Made by a program: the position numbers and the translations under genes. The notes beneath the pieces are model-generated. The model did no database searches. It had not been told where the DNA came from and was given only the letters and a program-made list of their open reading frames with translations. Below, piece by piece: positions 27,451 to 36,912 of a stretch of 64,000 nucleotides of DNA. Within the stretch, counting starts at the first letter, position 1; the number at the start of each line of letters is the position of its first letter. Origin of the DNA: Bacteroidales bacterium (lineage in GTDB: Bacteria; Bacteroidota; Bacteroidia; Bacteroidales; JAGOPY01); assembly GCA_017991835.1 (NCBI GenBank), contig JAGOPY010000001.1, forward strand, positions 147,892 to 211,891, read 5' to 3'.

Positions 27451-30018
27451 TTGAAATCAAAATCACTCCATATCGCCTATCTTCTTATCTTCCTCACCCT
27501 TTTCACCCATCCCGCCCACAGCCAGCTCGAAGCCTGGGGCGATACCACCATCTGCCAGGGCGGATCAGCCCAGCTCTTTGCCAACGGCGATGGCGTCAGC
27601 TACTTCTGGAGCTCCTATCCTACCGACCCTTCGCTCCTGATCCCACAGCAACAAAACCCGGTCGTTTCGCCCCAGGTAAGCACCATGTATGTCGTCCAGT
27701 CGAATATTGCTACCGGTAACCTCATCCTCAACGGCTCGTTTGAACTCGGCGTGATGGGTTTTAACAGCGAATACGTCAACAACCAGGTCAGCATTGTGGC
27801 AGAAGGGACCTATGCCGTGGTGAACGACGCCCATACGGTGCACCCGAATTTCTACTGCAACGAAGACCACACCAGCGGCAACGGGAAATTTATGGCGGTG
27901 AACGGCGCCGGGGTAGCCAATGTCAAGGTCTGGTATCTCTCCCTGAACAACATCCAGCCCGGCAGCAAATATGAATTCTCGACCTGGATCACCAGCCTCC
28001 ACGCTACCAACCCGGCCATCCTCCAGTTCAGCATCAACGGGGAACTCATGGGAGAACCTTTCCAGGCTTATCCATACACCTGCGACTGGTACCAGTTCTT
28101 CCACATCTGGGAAGCCGGCGACAATACCCAGGCCACTATCAGTATTGTCAACCAGAATACGATCCTGAGCGGTAACGATTTCGCCCTCGACGACATCTCG
28201 TTTGCCACTGTTCTTGTTTACTTCGATACGGTCTACGTGGAGGTCCTTCCCCAGTTTACCTCCACTTTTGTTGCACCTCAAGCTGCCTGTACCCGCGAAA
28301 TTGTCACCGTGACCTACCAGGGAAATGCCCCGGATACCGCGATTTTTAACTGGGATTTTGGAGATGCCTCCGTACTTTCCGGTAACGGACCTGGTCCTTA
28401 CGAAATCGTGCATAACTCTATTGGGAATAATACGATCAGCCTCTGTGTGGAAGGTGATGGATGTGCCTCCGATACGGCCACTGCCGGTGTTTTGGTCGGC
28501 GAAAGCCCGATGGTGGCAGCCACCGCCGATGCGTCCATCATCCCTTACGGATCTTCCACGACGTTGCATGGCAGCTATTCGGGCGGCACCGGCCCTTGTG
28601 CCTGGAGCTGGGAGCCGGCAGCGTTGCTGACTGATCCGGGCTCGCTGAATCCCCAGACAAACGCACTATTTGCCACCACCGGATTTATCCTGGCCGTTAC
28701 CGACCAGGCTGCCAATTGCACCGGATACGACACGGTCATTGTACAGGTAACCGGCGGTCCGCTGGGGGTAAACATCGCAGCCGATCCGGAAGCCGTATGT
28801 ATCGGCCAGCAGACGACTTTAACCGCTTTACCCTACGGAGGTACTGAAAACTATAGCTATTCCTGGTCATCCTCCCCACCCGGCTTTACATCCGATCTCC
28901 CGGAAGTCACCGTTCAACCGGCTTCTACGACAACCTATTCCGTTTCCGTTAGCGACGGGCTGAGTGAAATGACTGCATCGGTCACAATTACCGTTCATCC
29001 GAATCCCCAGCCGGATGCCGGCCCTGACCAGTTGATCCCATACGGCACCAATACCACGCTATCGGCCACTGCATCAGGAGGTAGTGGCAACTATGCATAC
29101 CACTGGGAACCGGCCGCTTTGGTCTCAGACCCGGATATACCCGTTACGCAGACCCAGAACCTGATCATCGCTACCGTTTTTACCCTGACGGTCACCGACC
29201 TTGAAACAGGCTGTGTCAGCAATCCCGATCCCATTACCATCAGCATCGACGGCGGCCCGCTGGCGGTCGTCATCACCAGCGACAAGCCAAAGATCTGCCG
29301 GGGCGAGGAGGCCGTTCTCACCGCACATGCCAGCGGCGGCAACCAGGGAAACTATATCTACTCCTGGAGCGATAACCTGGGCAATTCATATCCTTCGCTG
29401 GCCCAGATCAAGGTATCGCCGGAAGATACGACGGTCTTTCATGTTTCGGTCGACGATGGGTACAATGTCAATGGGTATGATTTCACCCTGGTCGTCTTTC
29501 CGTCGGCTGAATTCGGATGGGCTGACGGCTCTGACCATGTGTTTGCCTGTCCGAATGATTCGGTGTTGCTGCAACCTGTTCCCCGTGATCCTTCCTGGAA
29601 TTTTCTCTGGTCGAACGGCGCGACTACCCCCGAAATCTTTGTGACCGTCACGGGAATTGGCTTCAGCCTGCAAGATTATTCACTAACGACTACCACAGTG
29701 GATGGATGCACATTTACCGATACGATCCTGGTCTCTTTCGATTTTTCATATTGCTCAGGTATTGAGGATGAAGGAGAAACAACGGTGATGATCAGTCCGA
29801 ACCCTGCCTCGGGGGCTTTCAAAGTTTCCTGGAAAAAAACCGGTGAATTTGAGGCGATTAGAGTTTATAACGGTTTGGGTAAGATGATTTCACAGAAGGA
29901 AACCGGTCATATCAATCATGTTATTTTCGATCATTTCAATTACTCCCCCGGACTCTATTACGTCCATTTGATCGGTGCCAAATCATCAGAAACCCGGAAA
30001 GTCCTCCTAATGCCCTGA
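27451..30018 (+). CDS. large T9SS cargo protein with repeated Ig-like modules
   Basis: Signal peptide. Jelly-roll/CBM-like N-domain (NGSFELG...DDISF). Repeated modules of about 90 aa (GGxxxYxYxW.P). C-terminal ISPNPASGAFKVSW...GLYYVHL. Confidence 0.7.
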   Translation: MKSKSLHIAYLLIFLTLFTHPAHSQLEAWGDTTICQGGSAQLFANGDGVSYFWSSYPTDPSLLIPQQQNPVVSPQVSTMYVVQSNIATGNLILNGSFELGVMGFNSEYVNNQVSIVAEGTYAVVNDAHTVHPNFYCNEDHTSGNGKFMAVNGAGVANVKVWYLSLNNIQPGSKYEFSTWITSLHATNPAILQFSINGELMGEPFQAYPYTCDWYQFFHIWEAGDNTQATISIVNQNTILSGNDFALDDISFATVLVYFDTVYVEVLPQFTSTFVAPQAACTREIVTVTYQGNAPDTAIFNWDFGDASVLSGNGPGPYEIVHNSIGNNTISLCVEGDGCASDTATAGVLVGESPMVAATADASIIPYGSSTTLHGSYSGGTGPCAWSWEPAALLTDPGSLNPQTNALFATTGFILAVTDQAANCTGYDTVIVQVTGGPLGVNIAADPEAVCIGQQTTLTALPYGGTENYSYSWSSSPPGFTSDLPEVTVQPASTTTYSVSVSDGLSEMTASVTITVHPNPQPDAGPDQLIPYGTNTTLSATASGGSGNYAYHWEPAALVSDPDIPVTQTQNLIIATVFTLTVTDLETGCVSNPDPITISIDGGPLAVVITSDKPKICRGEEAVLTAHASGGNQGNYIYSWSDNLGNSYPSLAQIKVSPEDTTVFHVSVDDGYNVNGYDFTLVVFPSAEFGWADGSDHVFACPNDSVLLQPVPRDPSWNFLWSNGATTPEIFVTVTGIGFSLQDYSLTTTTVDGCTFTDTILVSFDFSYCSGIEDEGETTVMISPNPASGAFKVSWKKTGEFEAIRVYNGLGKMISQKETGHINHVIFDHFNYSPGLYYVHLIGAKSSETRKVLLMP

Positions 30019-30113
30019 TCCGGAAATTCTTCCGAAAATCAAATTTCATTATCTTTGCAGCCTTGAACAAATCTTACTCAGTATTGTTTGAGTATCAACC
30101 GGATAATAATTTA

Positions 30114-31073
30114 ATGGAAGATCAGGCAAAACTCTCATTCTTTAAGAAGTGGTGGATATCGGCCAGGCCGTTTTCATTCCCCGCTTCCACCATGCCCGTT
30201 ATTTTTGGGACGGTGCTGGCCTATGTTTATGGCGGACACGAATTCAAGCCGCTGCTGTTTATTTTAGCTTTTATAGCGATGGTCATCCTTCACTCGGGGG
30301 CAAATATTCTGAGCGATATATTTGATTTTGAGAAAGGGCTCGATAAGGTCCCCGGCCCGACCAGCGGCGGAGTTGTCAGGGGAATTATTTCCATACGCGA
30401 AGCATGGATCGGTTCTGTCTCCATGCTGGTTTTCGGGACGATCATCGGGCTGTACCTGACCTGGGTGAGCGGACCCTGGTTGCTGGCTATCGGTATTCTC
30501 GGCCTTTTAGTGGGTACGTTTTACACCTCCCATTCCATGGTCAACATGAAGTACAACGGGCTTGGCGACCTGGCCGTATTCCTCAATTTCGGAATCCTGG
30601 GCTCGCTGGGCGCCTATTATGTGCAATCCGGCGCTCTATCATGGATTCCTGTCATCTGGGCCATCCCGATGTCGATGCTGGTCATTGCCATCCTGCATGC
30701 CAATAACTGGAGGGATATCCAGTCGGACAAAGAGATCAAGATATTTACCATCGCCTCATTACTGGGAGATAAGAATTCATTACGGTATTATGGCGTTTTG
30801 ATTTACGGACCGTTTATCATCATAGTGGGCCTGATCCTGGTCCCGTTTTTCCTGTTCCCGAACATGACCGCCATGCCGTTTACATTCCTGATCACGCTGG
30901 CCGCGCTTCCGCTGGCTTTCAGGGTCTGGAAAAAAGCGCTGAACCGGAAAACACCGGCCCAGCCGCTTGATTTCATTGCCCTCGACGGCGCATCGGCGCA
31001 ATTGAACCTGCTTTTCGGATCGCTCTGTACCCTGGCCCTGATCCTCCAGGCTGTTATTGACTGGGCAAAATGA
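30114..31073 (+). CDS. menA: 1,4-dihydroxy-2-naphthoate polyprenyltransferase (UbiA family)
   Basis: Polytopic membrane protein with DIFDFEKGLD and NNWRDIQSD motifs typical of MenA. Start set at the first ATG (MEDQAKL) rather than the TTG at 30063. Confidence 0.75.
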   Translation: MEDQAKLSFFKKWWISARPFSFPASTMPVIFGTVLAYVYGGHEFKPLLFILAFIAMVILHSGANILSDIFDFEKGLDKVPGPTSGGVVRGIISIREAWIGSVSMLVFGTIIGLYLTWVSGPWLLAIGILGLLVGTFYTSHSMVNMKYNGLGDLAVFLNFGILGSLGAYYVQSGALSWIPVIWAIPMSMLVIAILHANNWRDIQSDKEIKIFTIASLLGDKNSLRYYGVLIYGPFIIIVGLILVPFFLFPNMTAMPFTFLITLAALPLAFRVWKKALNRKTPAQPLDFIALDGASAQLNLLFGSLCTLALILQAVIDWAK

Positions 31074-31165
31074 GATGGCATCTCAAATCAACGTCGTATT
31101 GTTTATAACTAACTATAAATAAGTTTATTGGCTTCAACAAAATAGGGATTCGGGATGCCATCTCA
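31072..31165. repeat. pair of GAGATGSCATCTC palindromes about 81 bp apart
   Basis: GAGATGGCATCTC at 31072-31084 abuts the menA TGA. GGGATGCCATCTC at 31152-31164 contains the ATG of the CPBP gene. Confidence 0.7.
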
Positions 31166-31808
31166 TAAGATCATTAATATCCGACCTGCCATTCTCATCT
31201 CCTGCCTGGCCGTCCTGATGTTCAGCCCGATGTTTGTGTTGCGCCAGGTCGGTCCCGTCGACTTCTGGTGGTGGATGACGATCAACCTGTCAATCCTCAT
31301 TAGTTTGTCGATTATCACCGACTGGGAATATTATTACATCTTATCGAAAGATTTTACGAAGAGCATTCTGAAGAAAATTATGATCGGGCTTATCTCCGCC
31401 ATGGTCCTGTACTTCGTATTTTTCCTCGGAAATTATCTTTCGCGCCTCTGGTTCGATTTCGCCGGCACGGGAATCGAAAACGTATATAAATTCAAGGGAG
31501 ATGCCGCCGGAATCCGGATTGCCATCCTGATGCTGCTGATCATCGGTCCCGGCGAAGAACTTTTCTGGAGGGGATATCTTCAAAGAAAATTCTCAAAAAA
31601 ATACGGTAAATGGACTGGCCTGATCATCGCCCTTATCCTGTATACCGGTGTCCATATTTTCACCGGCAATTTCATGCTGATCATGGCAGCCTTCATCTGC
31701 GGCCTCTTCTGGGCCTGGATGTACCTGAAATATGAGTCGATGCTTATCAACGTGATCAGCCATACCGCCTGGGATATCGTGGTGTTCCTCTTGCTGCCGT
31801 TCCACTAG
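31155..31808 (+). CDS. CPBP family intramembrane glutamic endopeptidase
   Basis: EELFWRGYL motif, a later H..W.. motif (ISHTAWD), and multiple TM helices. Confidence 0.75.
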   Translation: MPSHKIINIRPAILISCLAVLMFSPMFVLRQVGPVDFWWWMTINLSILISLSIITDWEYYYILSKDFTKSILKKIMIGLISAMVLYFVFFLGNYLSRLWFDFAGTGIENVYKFKGDAAGIRIAILMLLIIGPGEELFWRGYLQRKFSKKYGKWTGLIIALILYTGVHIFTGNFMLIMAAFICGLFWAWMYLKYESMLINVISHTAWDIVVFLLLPFH

Positions 31809-31945
31809 GTTCAGGGTTCTGTTGTTCCAGTGTTCAATTGTTCTATTGTTCTATTGTTCTGTTGTTCTATTGTTCTGTTGTTCTATTGTTCTATTGTTCT
31901 ATTGTTCTATTTCTATTTCTATTGTCTTTGTCTTTTGTTCCATGG
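31809..31945. repeat. tandem octamers (GTTCTATT/GTTCTGTT), reverse complement of the 9118 array word
   Basis: TTCTATTG is a cyclic permutation of CTATTGTT, which is the reverse complement of AACAATAG. Confidence 0.9.
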
Positions 31946-32040
31946 TATTTTTATGGGTTTCTTATGTGATTTTTTCAGGATAATTGAACATTAACAGTGT
32001 TGAATCATGTATTTTTACAGACAATTCAATACCTTAACCC

Positions 32041-35013
32041 ATGAAAAATCCAGCATTACCCCATCTCCTTACCACCCTTATAACCCTTATAACCTTTATA
32101 ACCCTTATAACCTTTACCACCCTTACCACACATGCCCAGTGGAGCACCGACCCCGCCATCAATAACGCCATTATCGCTTTGTCAGGGGAAGAAGCCATTC
32201 CGAAGATCGCGACCTGTTCCAACGGCGATACCTATATTGCTTCCTTTTCCAACAACGGAAATTACAACGTACGGATGCAACGGCTCAACGCCCAGGGTAT
32301 ACCACAGTGGGCCGATGACGGCATCCTCATCAGCGACAACCCGCAGGACAGCTGGCTCACCGACTGGGATATCTGCGCTGATAACGCCAACCACGCTATT
32401 CTTGTTTTTCCGGATATCCGTAACGGCGGTGCCAATGTCGTAGCCTACCGGATTTCGCCAACCGGTACTTTCGCCTGGGGCGACGACGGTATCGTCCTCT
32501 CTACCGGCGATGCCAATTACTCGCCGAAGGTTACGGCTACCGCAGCCGGAAATGCCATCGTGGCCTGGATGCAGGACGATGTGATCCGGGTGCAGAAGAT
32601 CAGCCCGACCGGGTCCCTTCCCTGGGGATCGGGAGGACTGGTCCTTCAACAGACCGGGATCACTTTCTCCTGGCCACAGCTCCTGCCGGTGGGCACCGAT
32701 GAATTCATTATGAAATATTACCAGGATTCGGGTACGTTCCCGGCCATCACCCGGCATATCTATGCACAGCGCTACAACGCTGGCGGTACCGGCGTCTGGT
32801 CATCCCCCACCGTGGTATCCAATGCGGGAGGTATCGCCGCCTGGACCCAGGTACTGCCTTTCATCAACGACGGCTCCGACGGATTCTACATTGCATGGCA
32901 CGACGACCGTGACAACAATATGCTCTCCAGCACCTGGGTCAACCATGTCAATAGTTCCGGCGCTGTGCTGTTCACGGCTAACGGGGTGGAAGCCTCCACC
33001 CTCGGCGGGCGCAACCATTTTTATCCCCAGCTTGCCCTGCCTCCCGGTTCTTCCAATGTGTTCGTTTTCTGGAACGAAATGGACGGCGACCAAAACAACC
33101 GCGGGATTTACGGGCAGAAGATCACTGCTACAGGTTCAAAACTATGGGCAACGACCGGGATGATCTTCATCGAAATTTCTCCGGTCGATGTCTATCCGGA
33201 AGCAGCACGCCATTCCCCGGACGATGTGGTTGTTTTCTACTCCGAACAGGTGTCCGGATTGGATTATACCCTTAAAGCTTTCCGGATCGATGCAGATGGC
33301 GGATATATCTGGACGCCCAACCATAAAACACTTTGTTCGGTCGTTTCCGAAAAAGTTCATGTGGAAACCAATGATTTTGCCGATAACCAGTGGATCATGG
33401 CCTGGGAAGACGACCGGGCAGGACAGAAAGACATTTATGCACAGAACATCCAGCTCGACGGATCGCTCGGGCCTTACGATCCCAATGAAGGGACCATTGA
33501 AGGAGTAGTGACCCTGGGCGGAGGTGCAGGCAGTGTGACCCAGGTAACCGTTACGGCTGGTGGATACAGCACGAATCCCGATAATGCGGGTTTTTATTCG
33601 ATGGTGGTGGAAGAAGGCACTTACGATGTGATCGGTATGCTGCAGGGTTATTATCCCGATACGGTATTCAGCGTAATGGTGATCACCGGTGAAACAACAG
33701 AAGATGTTGATCTTACGCTCCAGGCCCTGCCGACAGGATTCATCAGCGGCAATGTCTCCCTTTCCGAAGGCAATGCCGATCTGACGGAGGTCACAGTTAC
33801 GGCGGGATTGCATACGGTGAATCCCGATGCAAACGGTGACTATATCATGGAGATAGAGATCGGCACCTACGAGGTGACGGCTTCGCTGGATGGATATATG
33901 CCGGAAACCGAGACCGGTGTTGTGGTCGTGGAAGGTCAGACAACGACCGGTGTCGACTTTATCCTCGATCCTGTGCCCACTACAGGATTTATCACGGGTA
34001 TTGTCCTCCTGGCAGGAGGTGACGGAGAGGTGACCGAAGTCAATGTTACGGCAGGCAATGTGACCGTTAATCCCGGTGAAGATGGGATTTACCTGCTCGA
34101 AATTGTGGCCGGAACGTATGAAGTGACGGCCAGTCTGCCCGGCTACCTGACCGGGGTAGTACCCAATGTGGTGGTACTGGTGGAACAAACGACTCCCGAT
34201 ATTGACTTCTATCTCTATGAAGCGCCCGATATCGGTTATATCGAAGGATGGGTAACGCTGAACGGCCCGGGCGATGTGACCCAGGCGGTTGTGACGGCCG
34301 GCAACCAGTCCGACAATCCGAACGCCCAGGGTTATTACTTCCTGGGACTTCCGGCAGGGACATACACCGTGACTGCCGATCATCCTTACACTTTACCCGA
34401 GACCCTGGAAGGAATAGCAGTGATCGCCGGACAAAATACAGAAAATGTTAACTTCGAGCTCGATGTCCTGCGTTGCAATCTGTTGGTGAAAGCTGTCGAC
34501 CAGTACGGTTCTCCTTTATCGGATGTTGAAGTGGATATTATTGGACCTGAGGATATTTATACGGGAATTATTGAGAATGATTCGGTTATTTTTGAAGATG
34601 TGCCTTACGGATTGTATGCCGGTACTGCATGGCTGGTGATGAGCCCCGATACGGCCCGTACCAACGACGAGATCAACGACAGCGACCAGGATATGGAGTT
34701 TGTTTTTATCCTTGGCGGGATGAATGATGAAAGCCAAACCCGGGTCAGGTCATTCAGCATTTCACCGAATCCCTTCTCAGACGAGGTCAGGCTGTCGTTC
34801 GAAGTCGACAATCCCGTCGATGTGATCCTGAAGGTTTATTCTTCCACGGGGCGATTGATAAAAATCCTTGCCGAAGGCAGGTTTGATCGTGGCAGGCACG
34901 AGGTTCAGTGGAACGGTGATGAGGACGGAGGCAACTGTCTGCCGGCAGGGATTTACACGGTTGTTTTCCAGGCTGGAGGTGAAAGGGAGGCTAAGGTTTT
35001 GATCCTGAGATAG
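32041..35013 (+). CDS. large T9SS cargo protein with CarboxypepD_reg-like repeats
   Basis: Signal region. Five or six repeats of about 75 aa (G.V.L..G......VTAG....NPD..G.Y......GTY.VTAS..GY). C-terminal ISPNPFSDEVRLSF...GIYTVVF. Confidence 0.7.
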   Translation: MKNPALPHLLTTLITLITFITLITFTTLTTHAQWSTDPAINNAIIALSGEEAIPKIATCSNGDTYIASFSNNGNYNVRMQRLNAQGIPQWADDGILISDNPQDSWLTDWDICADNANHAILVFPDIRNGGANVVAYRISPTGTFAWGDDGIVLSTGDANYSPKVTATAAGNAIVAWMQDDVIRVQKISPTGSLPWGSGGLVLQQTGITFSWPQLLPVGTDEFIMKYYQDSGTFPAITRHIYAQRYNAGGTGVWSSPTVVSNAGGIAAWTQVLPFINDGSDGFYIAWHDDRDNNMLSSTWVNHVNSSGAVLFTANGVEASTLGGRNHFYPQLALPPGSSNVFVFWNEMDGDQNNRGIYGQKITATGSKLWATTGMIFIEISPVDVYPEAARHSPDDVVVFYSEQVSGLDYTLKAFRIDADGGYIWTPNHKTLCSVVSEKVHVETNDFADNQWIMAWEDDRAGQKDIYAQNIQLDGSLGPYDPNEGTIEGVVTLGGGAGSVTQVTVTAGGYSTNPDNAGFYSMVVEEGTYDVIGMLQGYYPDTVFSVMVITGETTEDVDLTLQALPTGFISGNVSLSEGNADLTEVTVTAGLHTVNPDANGDYIMEIEIGTYEVTASLDGYMPETETGVVVVEGQTTTGVDFILDPVPTTGFITGIVLLAGGDGEVTEVNVTAGNVTVNPGEDGIYLLEIVAGTYEVTASLPGYLTGVVPNVVVLVEQTTPDIDFYLYEAPDIGYIEGWVTLNGPGDVTQAVVTAGNQSDNPNAQGYYFLGLPAGTYTVTADHPYTLPETLEGIAVIAGQNTENVNFELDVLRCNLLVKAVDQYGSPLSDVEVDIIGPEDIYTGIIENDSVIFEDVPYGLYAGTAWLVMSPDTARTNDEINDSDQDMEFVFILGGMNDESQTRVRSFSISPNPFSDEVRLSFEVDNPVDVILKVYSSTGRLIKILAEGRFDRGRHEVQWNGDEDGGNCLPAGIYTVVFQAGGEREAKVLILR
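32071..32130 (+). repeat. in-frame 9-nt tandem repeat inside a signal-peptide region
   Basis: ACCCTTATA/ACCTTTATA/ACCCTTACC units encode LLTTLITLITFITLITFTTLTT. Confidence 0.85.
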
Positions 35014-35046
35014 GAAAGGGATGGCGTCCCTCGGGACCTCGTCCCG

Positions 35047-35068
35047 AAGGGATGGCGTCCCTTTTTTT
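35047..35068 (+). terminator. intrinsic terminator after the 32041..35013 cargo gene
   Basis: AAGGGA-tggcg-TCCCTT stem-loop followed by a T run. It is preceded by a direct copy of GGGATGGCGTCCC and a GGGAC-ctc-GTCCC hairpin. Confidence 0.6.
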
Positions 35069-35102
35069 GAGATGGAGTCTCATTTAAACGAGACTCCATC
35101 TC
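35069..35102. repeat. GAGATGGAGTCTC / GAGACTCCATCTC hairpin element
   Basis: 13-bp arms at 35069-35081 and 35090-35102 with an 8-nt loop, immediately after a separate terminator. Confidence 0.85.
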
Positions 35103-35237
35103 AATTTAATGCCTTCTGTTTTATACCTTTACCTAATGTTTTATTAACTTGAAGGAATTTGCGCATAAACAAGGTTGATGAAAATCAAAGAGAACCAAAA
35201 GGCAATCTTCTTCTAACAATCTTATTATCTGTACATT

Positions 35238-35693
35238 ATGAAGCTGAAAATCCTTGTCGGGAACGGAAGAAAAATCGGACTGCTGGCCCTTCCGTTCATC
35301 GTTGCCGGTTTAACCCTGAACATCCTCTACCCCGAAGCCTTTAGCGTCTGCGGACCGACACTTGGTCTTATCATCGCTTCGGTCATCATACTCATCCCGG
35401 GCATTATCATCTGGATATGGTCAGTGGTTTTGATCCTGACGAAGATTCCCCGCAGGGAACTGATCACCACCGGGCCTTATGCTCTGGTCAAGCATCCGCT
35501 CTACACCGGGGTGGCGCTACTCGTCCTGCCCTGGGTCGGCTTTCTGTGCAACACATGGCTCGGGGCCCTGATCGGCATTGTAGTTTACATCGGATCGAGG
35601 CTTTATTCGCCGGAAGAAGAAAAGATCCTGGCCAAGATCTTCGGCCAGGCCTGGGACGATTATTGCAATAAAGTTCTCCTCCCCTGGATATAA
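35238..35693 (+). CDS. isoprenylcysteine carboxyl methyltransferase (ICMT/PEMT) family protein
   Basis: Membrane protein with LITTGPYALVKHPLYTG and EEEKIL...FG..W..Y motifs. Confidence 0.7.
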   Translation: MKLKILVGNGRKIGLLALPFIVAGLTLNILYPEAFSVCGPTLGLIIASVIILIPGIIIWIWSVVLILTKIPRRELITTGPYALVKHPLYTGVALLVLPWVGFLCNTWLGALIGIVVYIGSRLYSPEEEKILAKIFGQAWDDYCNKVLLPWI

Positions 35694-35703
35694 GAGACCA
35701 TAT

Positions 35704-35731
35704 CGAAAATCGTAAATCGTAAATCGAATAT
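35704..35731. repeat. tandem heptamers (CGTAAAT)x~4
   Basis: CGAAAATCGTAAATCGTAAATCGAATAT, between convergent genes. Confidence 0.8.
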
Positions 35732-36825
35732 CACTTAAAAATCCGGTATACACACCCGGCCATATCATCCGAAACGAATAATGAACCGTCGGGCCCGACC
35801 TGCACATCGGCCGGCCTTCCCCAAACCTCCTCCCCCTTCAGCCAGCCACTGGCAAATACTTCATACCGGATCGGCCGGCTCTCCGAAAGAGTAATGAATG
35901 AGATGCGATACCCGGTCTTTTTCGACCGGTTCCAGGAGCCGTGCTCGGCTATGAAAATCCCGCCCTGGTATTTCTTGTCAAACATTTTCCCGGTGTAGAA
36001 TCTCATCCCTAAAGCAGCAACATGAGCCGGTAGCTCCATCGCCGGTGTGATAAAACTCTTGTTCCGCGGCCGCTGCGGCCAGTACTCCGGATCGAAAGCT
36101 TTGCCGTTCATAAATGGAAATCCATAGTGTGCCCCGGGCACCGGTGCTTTATTCAGCTCATCCGGCGGAAAATCATCCCCCATCTCATCCCTGCCGTTTT
36201 CGGTAAACCACATGATCCTCGTTTCAGGCTCCCAGTCGAATCCTACCGTATTCCTCACCCCTTCCGCATAGTATTCCAGGCCTCCACCGTCCAGCGTCAT
36301 CCTTAATATTCTCGCATACCAGACACTGTCGGGCAAACAAACATTGCACGGCGCCCCCACCGGTACATACAACTTGCCCTCGGGCCCAACCCGGATAAAC
36401 TTCCATCCATGCCAGCGGTCGTCCGGGAAATTGGCATTGATCTCTTTCGGCTCCGGCTTCTTGTCAAGGTATTGCATAACATCCTCATACTTCAGTATCC
36501 TTGAAACAGCCGAAACATAAAGGTCCCCGTTGTAATAGTCGAGCCCTGCCGGCATATTCAGACTGTCGTCTACAACGATGACCGTACGATCCGGCCGTAC
36601 AGCGTAAACCTTTCCCTCTACCATCGAACCGACGAACAGCGTCCCGTCTTCCGCAAAATCCATGGCACGGGCATTCGGCACCTGGTCGGTATAAACCTCG
36701 ATCTTGTATCCCGCCGGCAACATGATCCCGGAAAGGTTTTCACCCGGTTTCAGGGTCGCCTGTCCAAACATCCACACAGGCAAAAACCCCATCCATCCAA
36801 AAAATAAACTAACTATTATCCTCAT
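35731..36825 (-). CDS. PQQ-dependent sugar (sorbosone/glucose) dehydrogenase family protein
   Basis: Signal peptide, six-blade-propeller-type sequence, and GMRFYTG...GGIFIAEHGSWNRS typical of the sorbosone dehydrogenase family. Confidence 0.7.
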   Translation of the reverse strand: MRIIVSLFFGWMGFLPVWMFGQATLKPGENLSGIMLPAGYKIEVYTDQVPNARAMDFAEDGTLFVGSMVEGKVYAVRPDRTVIVVDDSLNMPAGLDYYNGDLYVSAVSRILKYEDVMQYLDKKPEPKEINANFPDDRWHGWKFIRVGPEGKLYVPVGAPCNVCLPDSVWYARILRMTLDGGGLEYYAEGVRNTVGFDWEPETRIMWFTENGRDEMGDDFPPDELNKAPVPGAHYGFPFMNGKAFDPEYWPQRPRNKSFITPAMELPAHVAALGMRFYTGKMFDKKYQGGIFIAEHGSWNRSKKTGYRISFITLSESRPIRYEVFASGWLKGEEVWGRPADVQVGPDGSLFVSDDMAGCVYRIFK

Positions 36826-36875
36826 ATCCTGAATAAATTCTAATCATCCCAAAATCAAATCCCAAAACCATTCCC

Positions 36876-36912
36876 TTTTCACTCTTCACTTTTCACTTTT
36901 CACTCTTCACTA
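36876..36912. repeat. tandem heptamers (TYTTCAC)x~5
   Basis: TTTTCACTCTTCACTTTTCACTTTTCACTCTTCAC. Overlaps the MscS stop. Confidence 0.85.

Noticed and set aside
30063-30113. Upstream alternative (TTG/other) start codons used by the ORF track for menA (30063), the 21479, 38608, 38534, 44448, 49039 and 53174 ORFs, and rnc (51655).
   Set aside because: Downstream ATG codons give canonical signal peptides or family-typical N-termini. They also avoid overlaps with neighbouring genes (the rnc track start overlaps fabF by 47 nt) and avoid translating repeat arrays.
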